From positions 1 through 54,649 of the forward strand of contig JAVBMZ010000088.1 in the NCBI GenBank assembly GCA_031551935.1: a stretch of 54,649 nucleotides of DNA. Reading direction: 5' to 3'. Below the pieces are notes generated by a model that saw only the letters and a list, made by a program, of their open reading frames with translations, was not told the origin of the DNA and ran no database searches. The DNA is from Bacteroidales bacterium. Lineage in GTDB: Bacteria; Bacteroidota; Bacteroidia; Bacteroidales; UBA4181. A program made the translations under genes and the position numbers. Below are positions 26,787 to 36,341 of this stretch, in pieces. The stretch's first letter is position 1. Every line of letters begins with the position of its first letter.

Positions 26787-27692
26787 TTATTTAAGTTCTT
26801 TATTGGTTGTTTTCGTTTTTGAAGCAATATCCATCAAAACATCCATACCATTTGCCTTGAGAGAACCTTTGATATTTTGCGACAATTCGGAAGATATGGG
26901 CATTCCTGTTTTGACATTGACCTCCATGGTACCCGTTTGTATCCCACTTAATTTGCCTTCCATTCCCGCCGAAGGAACCATACTAATTACAGATTCGATA
27001 CCAATGCTTGCTGTATTCCGTTGCACATTTTTTAAAGTATACTTGGTCTTCATTTCCAAATTCATGCCTGAAACAGACATGACTTGACTTGCTTCCCAAC
27101 TATCACCTTCTTTGACAAGATTGGCAGGGTATATTTTCAGTGATTGTTCAAATTGGTTTTTTATAGTTTCATTATTAAATTGTTGCTTCATGGAAGCACC
27201 AACCTGCATGGCCATTGGTCCATCGGCAGCTACGGCTTGGGACATACTTTCGGCAATGGCATCCATACCTGTCACCGAGCTTACCGAACCGTCGGATGCA
27301 ATGTGCATTTCGAAAGGTTTCCCGATCAAACTACCTAACATTTTTCCCATCATCTTGTCCATTTCCGAAGGATTTTCGAGCGGATTTTTTGAATCGTAGC
27401 CCATTTTCATCATAGCGCTCGAAAGCACATAAGATATATCCTGATACGTACATTGTGCTACTGTTTCTTTAGTATTTTTTTCTTTAATATTCATGATATA
27501 GCTCATGGTCACATCCATTTCCATAGGTATTTCCTGACCCATTGCTGTTTGTTTGAGCAATTGAACTGTTTCTTGCGTGTATTGGTATTTCGTTCCTTTT
27601 TCAGGGTTGAACGATAATTTAACCTGTGCCGATGCCGTAGATAACATCAACGAAAGGGATAAAAAAGCAAATACAATTTTTCTCATTTTCAT
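26787..27692 (-). CDS. Hypothetical secreted Met-rich protein
   Basis: I prefer the start MKMRKIVFAFLSLSLMLSTASAQ at 27692, which is 4 nt after the phoH stop. The track start at 27749 would overlap phoH. There are many Met clusters, such as SSAMMKMGYD and EMDKMMGKMLG. Confidence 0.6.
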   Translation of the reverse strand: MKMRKIVFAFLSLSLMLSTASAQVKLSFNPEKGTKYQYTQETVQLLKQTAMGQEIPMEMDVTMSYIMNIKEKNTKETVAQCTYQDISYVLSSAMMKMGYDSKNPLENPSEMDKMMGKMLGSLIGKPFEMHIASDGSVSSVTGMDAIAESMSQAVAADGPMAMQVGASMKQQFNNETIKNQFEQSLKIYPANLVKEGDSWEASQVMSVSGMNLEMKTKYTLKNVQRNTASIGIESVISMVPSAGMEGKLSGIQTGTMEVNVKTGMPISSELSQNIKGSLKANGMDVLMDIASKTKTTNKELK

Positions 27693-27696
27693 TTTT

Positions 27697-28665
27697 TTAG
27701 TTTTTAAGGTGGTTATTTTTCTCTTCTTGTGTTTCGTATGCTGCAACAATATCTTTTACCAACGGATGTCGGATAATATCACGTTGGTCGAAATAAATCA
27801 CCGATATTCCCTCGATGTTTTTCAAGATTTGGACAGTAGAACTCAGTCCTGAAAGGCTTTTGTTGGGAAGGTCAATCTGGGTAATGTCCCCGGTAACGAT
27901 AAATTTAGCATTCCGTCCCATCCGGGTCAAGAACATTTTCAATTGGTTGACGGTTGCATTTTGCGCTTCATCAAGTATCACAAAAGCATTATCGAGCGTT
28001 CTTCCCCGCATGTAAGCCAAAGGCGCTATTTGTACTGTTCCTTCTTCGATAAGATCAATCAGTTTCTTCGGTGGAATCATATCATGCAGTGCGTCATACA
28101 GTGGTTGCAGGTATGGATCAAGTTTTTCCTTCATATCGCCCGGTAAAAACCCAAGTTTTTCACCCGCCTCCACGGCTGGTCGCGTGAGGATAATTTTTTT
28201 CACCGCCTTACTTTTGAACGCAGCTACTGCTAAGGCAATGGCTGTATATGTTTTACCTGTTCCGGCAGGTCCAATGGCAAAAAGCAAATCGTGGGTTTTA
28301 TATTCATCCGCCAAACGTTGCTGGTTGACTGTTCGAGCACGGATACTTCTACCATTGTTGCCATATACAATCACATCGTCTTCCCCTTCAGGCAAATTCA
28401 ACCGAGAGGACACTGTGTCGTTCATGATGTTGATAACGTCGGCTTCCGTGAGGCGTTGGTATTTTTGGTGGTAGTTTATCAGGAGAGTCAGGGCGTTTTC
28501 AAAACGTTGCAACTCGGAAGCTTCGCCCATCACCTTAATTTCATCGCCACGTGCAACGATCTTAAGTTTAGGAAAAAAACTTTTTATTTTTTCATACAAC
28601 AAATTATTGACGCCATACAGTTCAAGAGGGTCGATTCCCTCCAAATATACCACTTTTTCTACCAT
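27697..28665 (-). CDS. phoH: PhoH-family ATPase
   Basis: Walker A GPAGTGKTY, and ILDEAQN. Confidence 0.9.
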   Translation of the reverse strand: MVEKVVYLEGIDPLELYGVNNLLYEKIKSFFPKLKIVARGDEIKVMGEASELQRFENALTLLINYHQKYQRLTEADVINIMNDTVSSRLNLPEGEDDVIVYGNNGRSIRARTVNQQRLADEYKTHDLLFAIGPAGTGKTYTAIALAVAAFKSKAVKKIILTRPAVEAGEKLGFLPGDMKEKLDPYLQPLYDALHDMIPPKKLIDLIEEGTVQIAPLAYMRGRTLDNAFVILDEAQNATVNQLKMFLTRMGRNAKFIVTGDITQIDLPNKSLSGLSSTVQILKNIEGISVIYFDQRDIIRHPLVKDIVAAYETQEEKNNHLKN

Positions 28666-28929
28666 CGAAACATAGTATCACTAAATATCCACGGCCAATA
28701 ATTTTAATAATTTAGCCCAGACGATGCAAAAATAATAAAATAATGAATGAATGTTGACAATACAGGATGTAAAACTTTTTTCACAACTCATTTGTGATAA
28801 ATTTTTGATTTTCAAAGTAATAATATATATTGTCAAATCTCAATAATTCAAAGCCGTTTGACGTATATCTATTTTAGGTACTTTTGTACGGAAAACCCAT
28901 ACGGGTTTTCATGTTATTTACACACGCAA

Positions 28930-29928
28930 GTGAAACAGACAAAAAAAATAGGTAAAATCGTTACATTGACGGTATTAACCGTTGTGATCTTATTTTATCT
29001 ATTGCCAAACGTCACCCATATTGAGCAATCGCTGGAGATCGATGCGCCACCTGATAAAATATTTGATCTCATCAACCGGCCGGATAGATGGGCGGAATGG
29101 TATGTACCGCTTCAAGATAAAGCAGGTGTCCAAATCCGATTTTCAGGCCCTTCAGAGGGTAAAGGAGCTAGTATGAGATGGGTGAGTGATGGCGCCAAAA
29201 TAACGGGCGGAACAATGACCATCAGGAACTCGAGAAGTAACCGGAATGTATCGACGGTGGTTGATATTGATAAGAGGCATTCGGCGGTGATGACTTTTTC
29301 TATAAAACCGTTCAAAAAAGATGCTTCATTACTGACAGTTACTTCGCGGTTGCGATTTCCGCAAGACAGTTTATTACACTACCTCCGGATGATGTTCGAT
29401 AGGTCGGAAGAATTAGAAATCATCGATTATCTTGAAAACATCAGTGATGTAGCTACTGCAAAAGCTGAAGGCATCACAGTGCGTCTACAGCAAGTTGAAC
29501 CATTCACATACATCAGCATTATCGATAGTTGTGCGTGGGAGCATGTTTCATTGCGCATGGGAGGTTTGTACGAGGAATTGAATGCATTTATAGCAACATC
29601 TGGTATCACAACCATCAATAAACCAATTGCCATATACCATCAACTCAGTGCGGGAAAAGTTGTTTATGAACTGGGGATACCTGTCAACGAGGAGGTCCAA
29701 CCTACCGGACGGATACAGAAAAAAATAATGCGTGGGGGAAATAATGTGGTAGCTGATTATTACGGCCCATATGATACTTTGGAAGACGGACATAATGCCG
29801 TCCAGCAGTGGCTGATCCGTTACGGACGAAGAATTAACGGTTATCCGTGGGAAATGTATGTAATCAATATAGCTACCGAATCTGATCCCCACAAATGGTT
29901 AACCCGTATTTTTTATCCTGTGGATTGA
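28930..29928 (+). CDS. SRPBCC (START/polyketide-cyclase-like) domain fused to a GyrI-like small-molecule-binding domain, with an N-terminal TM anchor
   Basis: C-terminal GyrI-like block GPYDTLEDGHNAVQQWL...GYPWEMYV. The N-terminal anchor is IVTLTVLTVVILFYLL. I prefer the GTG start at 28930, because the track TTG at 28858 would read through a strong hairpin at 28891..28910. Confidence 0.6.
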   Translation: MKQTKKIGKIVTLTVLTVVILFYLLPNVTHIEQSLEIDAPPDKIFDLINRPDRWAEWYVPLQDKAGVQIRFSGPSEGKGASMRWVSDGAKITGGTMTIRNSRSNRNVSTVVDIDKRHSAVMTFSIKPFKKDASLLTVTSRLRFPQDSLLHYLRMMFDRSEELEIIDYLENISDVATAKAEGITVRLQQVEPFTYISIIDSCAWEHVSLRMGGLYEELNAFIATSGITTINKPIAIYHQLSAGKVVYELGIPVNEEVQPTGRIQKKIMRGGNNVVADYYGPYDTLEDGHNAVQQWLIRYGRRINGYPWEMYVINIATESDPHKWLTRIFYPVD

Positions 29929-29989
29929 ATCGTTGAAAACAATATATAGGTTGTCCTTGTTGTTTAATAAACAATCAAAAAGAACGTGT

Positions 29990-30532
29990 ATGAAAAAGAT
30001 AACTTTATTGATTTTAGTATTTTGTTGTTGGACAAGTTTTACTCAGGCGCAAATCCACTTAGGGATTAAGGGTGGTCTCAATTTTGCCAAATTCAATACC
30101 GACGACATGACATTGGATAATGCCACCGGTTGGCAAGCTGGTTTATTACTCCAATTTAAAGTTCCCATCATTGGTCTTGGTCTGCAACCCGAATTACTCT
30201 ATTCTGTCAAAAAAGCAGATGTTGATGGCCAATCTAACAGCATCGGCTATTTTGAAATCCCAGTAAACATTAGATGGGCAATTGAATTACCATTGATTCG
30301 TCCGTATATCTTGGTGGGGCCGTATTTTAGTTACGCCGCTGATTTTAGCGGAGACGCTTTTAAAAATGGGCTTGATCGTTTCGACTGGGGTATTGGCTTA
30401 GGCGGTGGTGTCGAAATTTGGAAAATACAAATAGGAATACGTTATTCCTGGGGGTTACAGAATATTTCCAGCGTGGACGACTTCAAGCTGAAAAATAACA
30501 CATTCTCCTTGTCAGCAGCATTTTTATTTTAG
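29990..30532 (+). CDS. Small outer-membrane beta-barrel protein (OmpA-like/porin-family barrel)
   Basis: Signal peptide MKKITLLILVFCCWTSFTQAQ, alternating beta-strand pattern, and a C-terminal ...FSLSAAFLF aromatic end. Confidence 0.7.
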   Translation: MKKITLLILVFCCWTSFTQAQIHLGIKGGLNFAKFNTDDMTLDNATGWQAGLLLQFKVPIIGLGLQPELLYSVKKADVDGQSNSIGYFEIPVNIRWAIELPLIRPYILVGPYFSYAADFSGDAFKNGLDRFDWGIGLGGGVEIWKIQIGIRYSWGLQNISSVDDFKLKNNTFSLSAAFLF

Positions 30533-30558
30533 CGTTATCACAATGTGTCACTCATGTT

Positions 30559-30594
30559 AAAACCTATCGAACTTTCAAAGTTAGATAGGTTTTT
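30559..30594. terminator. Bidirectional hairpin between the convergent OMP and dprA genes
   Basis: AAAACCTATC-15 nt-GATAGGTTTTT. Confidence 0.55.
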
Positions 30595-30617
30595 CCCTTT
30601 ATATACAGAATCCATTC

Positions 30618-31721
30618 TCAAACGGTTCGGTACATTTTCCCGGGAAGGCTGCGTATACAGCCCGACAATTCAAGGTTCAATAACAACGGTGATACTTTGC
30701 TGACGGGCATATTGAGCAAGACGCTCAAATTATCGATGGCGCATTCGCCATGTTGTTTCAAATGAAGTAAAAGCATCTCTTCTTCAGGAGATACGGAAGG
30801 AAATAATTCTCGTTGTGTAGGTGTTGTATTCAGTGGTATTTTGTCATCATCCCAATTCATCAGGTATTCGATATCTTTCACGGACTGCAATAGGCTGGCT
30901 TTATTGGTTTTTATCAGCCAGTTACATCCGGAGGAATATTCATCCGTTAATCGGCCGGGAAAAGCGAAGACATCGCGATTATATGAATTGGCAATATCAG
31001 CAGTAATCAATGCGCCTCCGCGCATGTTGGATTCAACTACAATTGTCAAATCAGCTAATCCGGCAATCAAACGGTTGCGACGAACAAAATTATTGCGGTC
31101 GATAAGACTGTCACTCAGAAATTCAGTAAGTAAAGCGCCTTGTCCGGCAATTTCACGGGCAGTGGCGGCATGTGTTGCAGGATAGATTTGTGATAGCCCA
31201 TGCCCTAATACTGCGATTGTCGGCAACCCGTTACGTAGCGCTGCCCTGTGTGCACATATGTCGATACCATAAGCCAAGCCACTCACCACAATAGGATGAT
31301 GAGGATAGAGTTCGTCAACAATTTTGTTGCAGAGTTCTTTTCCATATGACGTCGCTTTTCTGGTGCCTACAATGCTCACAATTTTCGAGTGTTCAAAATC
31401 TACATTGCCTTTATAAAAAAATATCACTGGTGAGTCTGGACAATTTTTCAGCCGCCGTGGATAATTATCGTCTAAATAAAAGGAATAGTTGATTTGATGG
31501 CGATGCATAAAATCAATTTCTTTTTCAGCCCGCTTTAATATATCCTGATTGACCACCGACGTAGCCAATACTTCTCCTACATTCGGTATTTTCAGTAAAT
31601 TAGCTTTTTTCTCATGAAACACGGCCTCAACACCTCCACAATATGAGATGAGTTTTTTAGCCATCATATCCCCAATACCGGGAATCAAACCGATACCAAT
31701 TTTGTATATCAAATCATCCAT
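30618..31721 (-). CDS. dprA: DNA-processing protein DprA/Smf
   Basis: IVSIVGTRKATSYG...VVSGLAYGIDICAHRAAL...AVLGHG is a typical DprA Rossmann core. Confidence 0.85.
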   Translation of the reverse strand: MDDLIYKIGIGLIPGIGDMMAKKLISYCGGVEAVFHEKKANLLKIPNVGEVLATSVVNQDILKRAEKEIDFMHRHQINYSFYLDDNYPRRLKNCPDSPVIFFYKGNVDFEHSKIVSIVGTRKATSYGKELCNKIVDELYPHHPIVVSGLAYGIDICAHRAALRNGLPTIAVLGHGLSQIYPATHAATAREIAGQGALLTEFLSDSLIDRNNFVRRNRLIAGLADLTIVVESNMRGGALITADIANSYNRDVFAFPGRLTDEYSSGCNWLIKTNKASLLQSVKDIEYLMNWDDDKIPLNTTPTQRELFPSVSPEEEMLLLHLKQHGECAIDNLSVLLNMPVSKVSPLLLNLELSGCIRSLPGKMYRTV

Positions 31722-31729
31722 ATACGGAT

Positions 31730-32776
31730 TTATCCGATTTCGATGTTTTGTCCGCTCCGGCTGCTTTCCATGGCGGCTTCAATCAGGTGGATTACATTTA
31801 AGGCTTGTTCCGGACGCACCTCTAGTTCAACATGATTCCTGATCACATCGTAAATGTTGTCGTAATAAGCAGCATAATTACCCGCAATAGTTTCCACTTT
31901 ACCGCGTATGTGCATTCCGTTGATGTCGGTGTTCAATAATCCCCAATGTGCCCCATCCTCCTTTCCCCAATTGGGCATCGATGGATTGCCACCTTGATTT
32001 AACATTTCTTCTTGCGGATCAATACCATATTTCAGGAATGAGCCAAGGGTACCGTGCAAGGTGTAACGGGCACTTTCTTCGCGAACCAGATAGCTCGCCC
32101 TCAGCGTAACTTTAATTTCAGGGTATATCAATTTAATGTGGTAAAAATCATCTACCTCACTTCCCGTACGCATGCTATCAATATCAGCCCATACGGCTTC
32201 CGGCATACCAAACAACACCAACGCCTGGTCAATCATATGTGATCCCAGTGCATAGGTAATCCCTATACTTTGTATCGCTGATTCTTTCCATGAGTTGGGT
32301 TGTATATAATTACGATACCGCATATAATTTGACTCAAATTCCACCAATCTCCCTAACCATTGGTTTTCAATAATTTTGCGCACCGTCAGGAAATCGCCAT
32401 CCCATCTCCGGTTTTGAAAAACACTCAACATTTTGTTGTGTTTGTCCGCTAAATTGATCAAATCCTCGCCTTGCCCAATGGTATGTGTAAAAGGCTTTTC
32501 TACAATGACGTGCTTCCCTGCCTCAAGTGCTTTATGTGTATATTCGAAATGGGTAGGATCCGGTGTATTGACAACGATTAATTCGATATTATCATCCTTG
32601 AGTAGCTCATCAAACGAACGAACAACGGTAACATTCGGATAATATTTTGAGGACTCGTTTTTAGTACGTTCCACAATTTTGTCCAGATGAAACCCAGGAT
32701 GATTGGCTAAAATAGGGGCATGGAACACTTTTCCCGACATTCCGAAAGAGGCTAAACCAACTTGTATCTTATGCAT
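31730..32776 (-). CDS. Gfo/Idh/MocA family oxidoreductase
   Basis: N-terminal Rossmann segment IQVGLASFGMSGKVFHAPIL and EKPF motif VIVEKPFTH. I prefer the start at 32776 (MHKIQVG). Confidence 0.8.
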   Translation of the reverse strand: MHKIQVGLASFGMSGKVFHAPILANHPGFHLDKIVERTKNESSKYYPNVTVVRSFDELLKDDNIELIVVNTPDPTHFEYTHKALEAGKHVIVEKPFTHTIGQGEDLINLADKHNKMLSVFQNRRWDGDFLTVRKIIENQWLGRLVEFESNYMRYRNYIQPNSWKESAIQSIGITYALGSHMIDQALVLFGMPEAVWADIDSMRTGSEVDDFYHIKLIYPEIKVTLRASYLVREESARYTLHGTLGSFLKYGIDPQEEMLNQGGNPSMPNWGKEDGAHWGLLNTDINGMHIRGKVETIAGNYAAYYDNIYDVIRNHVELEVRPEQALNVIHLIEAAMESSRSGQNIEIG

Positions 32777-32978
32777 ACGCTGAAAATTTGGAGATTCAAT
32801 TGATGCGTCCAAGTTACATCATTTATCAACAAACCACAATGGTTTTTGCAAAATTATTGCGCGCTAAGTTTTTTTGCGACATGATATCAGTGTTTTTTAT
32901 GAACAAGGCACTTTAAAAAAGACCGCCACCTGCCAGACAGACGAAGTAGTCTCAAGCAGATCAAGATCATCAAGGTGT

Positions 32979-33150
32979 AAATGTCTGACATATTGATTCG
33001 TCAAATGACCACAAAAATAAAAATAGCTAAATTCCACTATAAAATAGTGAAAAATCGCTATAAAATAGCTAAGAAAAACATAATAGTAGTGATATGCTAT
33101 TATATAGCTAAAAATAGCTATAAAGTTGTCAAAAACAGCTATTTTTATGA
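32979..33150 (-). repeat. Dispersed phased-palindrome element, copy 2, inverted relative to copy 1
   Basis: The reverse complement aligns by hand with 22156..22322 over these blocks: ATAAAAATAGCTGTTTTTGACAACTTTATAGCTATTTTTAGCTAT, TTAGCTATTTTATAGCGA, CACTATTTTATAGTGGAATTTAGCTATT and AATCAATATGTCAGACATTT. TAGC/TAGT cores lie at 33024, 33045, 33066, 33084/33087, 33105, 33115 and 33136. Confidence 0.8.
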
Positions 33151-33177
33151 ATACCGCTCAATACTGGGGAGTGGTAT

Positions 33178-34599
33178 TTATTTAACTATTTTGAGTATCC
33201 AATCTGCCAAGTCGTTCAGAACCACTGGTGAAAAAGTTTGTTCGATTGAGGCATATTCGGCGGGAGAACCGGTAGTACATTCTTGGAATAAGTGGTTCAA
33301 TCCGGGATACTCTTTGATGGTGAAATTTTTATTTCCCCCTTTTTCCAGAGACCTCCGGATGGCAGAGAGATTTTCTTTAGCCGGAACTTGCAAGTCTTTG
33401 TCGCCATTAACAGCCAATACCGGACACTTTACTTTTTCAAGTGCAGGGGCAGGATCATAGCGAAGGAAGTACTGCATCCATGGAGTCGACAGACTTGCGG
33501 TAAACTGGTTGATATAATTGTCCACCGTCATCCCGTCGGGTAGGAGCGGAGCGATATCATTTTTCAGTTTTGATGTCATAAAATCTGTAAGCTCTTGTTG
33601 TAAAACCAATTTTTGGGTACTGACTACTTTACGAAATACCTGTGAATTAATTCCGATCATCTTTGCAATATTGTCTTCTGGCATTCCCGAAACTCTGTAT
33701 ACTAATTCTTCTTGTAGCAATAGTAATGAATCGCCACGTATGCCTGTACCGGCAAGCATCACGATAAAACCAACATCTTTTGACTGTGCAGCCACCATTG
33801 GCGCGATGACTCCACCTTCGCTATGACCCATCAATCCTATTTTGTGTGGATTGATCTCTTTACGGGTTTTTAACCAAGCAATAGCGCTTTCTACATCTGT
33901 AGCAAAGTCGGTTGTAGTCGCAATTTTGAAATCACCTGTCGATTGTGCGGTACCACGATCGTCATAACGTAGCACAGCAATTCCACGTCGCGTGAGATAA
34001 TCAGCGATCACTAAAAATGGCTTGTGACCCATCAGTTCTTCATCCCTGTTTTGAGGCCCGCTGCCGGAAATTAAAATTACAGCAGTAAAGTTGCTGCCTG
34101 TTGCTGGCTTGGTTAGCGTACCAGCCAAAGTAATGCCGGCAGTTTTATTCTCGAAGGTAACATCTTCTGAAATGTACGGATAAGGTGGTTTGGGTTCCTG
34201 TGGCCTGGAAACGGGTTTTATTTCTACCGGTGTGCGTTTCAGCGTCATCGGGAACGACGCGCCGTTTTGTTTCAGCGTTCCCACAACGGAATCGGTCTTG
34301 AACTCGCCTTCGTATATCAAACCGATATTGGGAATCGCCAATGACAGCTTGGAGTCATCGAAGGTGGTGGTGGCTACCGGGATCCCTTTGGCACCTTGGT
34401 CGGGACTATCCATGGTGGAGGCATAACCTTCTCCCAACGTGTTAATGTGAAATACAATTTTTAGCTGTATTCCGGAAACTGTTAAGACTCCGTTCCATGT
34501 TCCCGTAATATCTTGAGCATACGATAACATACTGGTAAAGAATAGCGTCAAAAATGGAACAACTAACCTTACTTGATGATGAATGGATGATTTTTTCAT
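33178..34599 (-). CDS. Secreted alpha/beta-fold hydrolase (serine hydrolase with an N-terminal beta-rich domain)
   Basis: Signal peptide VVPFLTLFFTSMLSYAQ and nucleophile elbow GHSEGG. Confidence 0.8.
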   Translation of the reverse strand: MKKSSIHHQVRLVVPFLTLFFTSMLSYAQDITGTWNGVLTVSGIQLKIVFHINTLGEGYASTMDSPDQGAKGIPVATTTFDDSKLSLAIPNIGLIYEGEFKTDSVVGTLKQNGASFPMTLKRTPVEIKPVSRPQEPKPPYPYISEDVTFENKTAGITLAGTLTKPATGSNFTAVILISGSGPQNRDEELMGHKPFLVIADYLTRRGIAVLRYDDRGTAQSTGDFKIATTTDFATDVESAIAWLKTRKEINPHKIGLMGHSEGGVIAPMVAAQSKDVGFIVMLAGTGIRGDSLLLLQEELVYRVSGMPEDNIAKMIGINSQVFRKVVSTQKLVLQQELTDFMTSKLKNDIAPLLPDGMTVDNYINQFTASLSTPWMQYFLRYDPAPALEKVKCPVLAVNGDKDLQVPAKENLSAIRRSLEKGGNKNFTIKEYPGLNHLFQECTTGSPAEYASIEQTFSPVVLNDLADWILKIVK

Positions 34600-34634
34600 T
34601 GGATATTGAATGAGTGATTGTTATTATTAGGTGA

Positions 34635-35561
34635 TTAAGGCTGTATAAACATGCCGCTAATAGTTCCATCTTGATTGAAAGCCAACCGTAGATAGAGTGT
34701 ATTTTTTCCAAAAGCACATGGTACTTCTATTCTTCGGTATTCTCCTACCGTGGACTCCTTTACATTTTCCCAATCGGCGCCTTCGAAAGATCCATAGGTC
34801 ATACATATTTGTAGCCACCCCATTTTTAATCCACTGGCTGATAATCCTTTTTTCATCTTATCATCAAAATAGGCGACAATAGCATCAAAATTACCTTGTT
34901 CAAGATGTTTCATCACCTTTTCTGTCGTTTGGTGGATATTTGACAAATCAACAACAACGGTATCAGCCTTAAGAATATCATCGGTACTTTGGCTATTTCC
35001 TGTTTTCGGGCTCAAAAACAGGCTGCTCAATAGGAAGATAAAGATACACTTGGATATAACTTCAGCAACCAGCAGTGCGCCGATGAACGAGACAACTGCC
35101 CGTGTGCCTTTTATATGGCATGATACGGTATATGCATGGTACATTAAGGCTATCATCCATATAGTTAAAGGTATGCTAATAATGGAAAAGATGATGATGC
35201 GAGGAACATCATATAAGCCAATAGGAGCTATAGGCAGGAAACAGATAATAGCCAGCAACAACATAGGTGCTCGGGACAACGATATAGTTCCTGCTACGTC
35301 AATAGCGCGTACCTTTGATTTGGAAAAGCAAACGCCGGCCAACCACATCGCTAAAAACAGGCTGAGTAAATCAACAAATTGCATCAGGAAAGCCAGAGCG
35401 AAACTATGCGATCCACCTACGTGGGCATCCAATGCTCCATCAAAAGCCACATGGTTAATTTTGCCCAATATGGCCGTGAGCGACATGATGATCAGGCCAA
35501 GAATTAACGCTTGCCAGCCGGCAATACGTTCAAAAGGATTAATGAACCATTTCATTTTCAT
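34635..35561 (-). CDS. Multi-pass membrane protein (Yip1-like N-terminal half) with a C-terminal DUF3887-like soluble domain
   Basis: About 5 TM helices followed by ...FDDKMKKGLSASGLKMGWLQICMTYGSFEG...LRLAFNQDGTISGMFIQP. Confidence 0.6.
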   Translation of the reverse strand: MKMKWFINPFERIAGWQALILGLIIMSLTAILGKINHVAFDGALDAHVGGSHSFALAFLMQFVDLLSLFLAMWLAGVCFSKSKVRAIDVAGTISLSRAPMLLLAIICFLPIAPIGLYDVPRIIIFSIISIPLTIWMIALMYHAYTVSCHIKGTRAVVSFIGALLVAEVISKCIFIFLLSSLFLSPKTGNSQSTDDILKADTVVVDLSNIHQTTEKVMKHLEQGNFDAIVAYFDDKMKKGLSASGLKMGWLQICMTYGSFEGADWENVKESTVGEYRRIEVPCAFGKNTLYLRLAFNQDGTISGMFIQP

Positions 35562-35586
35562 AAAGTGAAGGTGTTAAAGTTTGTAT

Positions 35587-35709
35587 TTAGGTTTGTAATT
35601 TTTCAAATGTCCGGCGCGCATCGTCCGGTTCTTTCCAGTTGATGTAATAAATCATGCCCGTTTTGTCGGTTATTTTGATTACCGGACTGGTCAATAAGAT
35701 TTGTTCCAT
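35587..35709 (-). CDS. Candidate 40-aa micro-ORF translationally coupled to the DUF2089 gene
   Basis: Manual translation gives MEQILLTSPVIKITDKTGMIYYINWKEPDDARRTFEKLQT. Its ATG starts 1 nt after the upstream TAA. It falls below the ORF-track length cutoff. Confidence 0.3.
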   Translation of the reverse strand: MEQILLTSPVIKITDKTGMIYYINWKEPDDARRTFEKLQT

Positions 35710-35710
35710 A

Positions 35711-35992
35711 TTATTGGGGATTGGTTTCTTCTTTTTTCAAACGCTCGATGATATCATCCAACAAGTTGCGAACAGTCGGATAGCTCATATTCAGGTGTTT
35801 GGCCATATCCTTGAGACTTCCGCTGTATTGAACAAATTGCAGGATAAACTGCTGGTCGTCGGGTGATAAGCGGGCCAGCACCGGCAATTCATATAATCCG
35901 GATACTTCCGTCTGGCAATTTTCACATTTTAAACTTTTTACTTTGAGTTGCGACTGGCAACTTGGACAAATACATGGTAACATGATATTCAT
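35711..35992 (-). CDS. DUF2089-type zinc-ribbon plus HTH small regulator
   Basis: CPSCQSQLKVKSLKCENCQTEVSG followed by LSPDDQQFILQFVQYSGSLKDMAKHLNMSYPTVRNLLDDIIERLK. Confidence 0.7.
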   Translation of the reverse strand: MNIMLPCICPSCQSQLKVKSLKCENCQTEVSGLYELPVLARLSPDDQQFILQFVQYSGSLKDMAKHLNMSYPTVRNLLDDIIERLKKEETNPQ

Positions 35993-36341
35993 TTTTCACA
36001 AAGATAAAAATAAATTGAATAAAATTAAAGTATATTTTAATAAAATTAAAATTAAATTGCATTTTATGTAATGAAGTTGAAAAATACTTAAATATTAAAA
36101 GTATCTCACATCAATGATTTGATGTATTTTCTCTGTTTTTACAATCGATATTCGATGTAATTACCCGATTTCCATCAAAAGTCATTCGATTTTGTCAAAA
36201 AGATTTTTATTTTTGAAGCAGGAAAATTATTCTTTAATCACAGTGATACTTATGTGGCTTTCAGCATCAGGCTTCAGATTTTTTATCGCGGAGGTCATTT
36301 AGCGCCATTCCACAACGTATCATTTTAAATCGCTATTATTT

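Noticed and set aside
22156-33150. The idea that the two inverted element copies delimit an invertible (shufflon or phase-variable) 10.7-kb segment
   Set aside because: The enclosed genes are ordinary housekeeping genes (purC, phoH, dprA, nitroreductase and others). No recombinase gene is nearby, and the copies are diverged rather than near-identical. A dispersed intergenic element is the simpler reading.
33150-33178. Hairpin AATACCGCTC-8 nt-GAGTGGTATT as the terminator of the alpha/beta hydrolase gene
   Set aside because: The single imperfect position is a G.U wobble only on the plus-strand RNA and a C.A mismatch on the gene's own (minus) strand, and no U-run follows it on the minus strand. 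Function is therefore uncertain and I have not listed it as a terminator.
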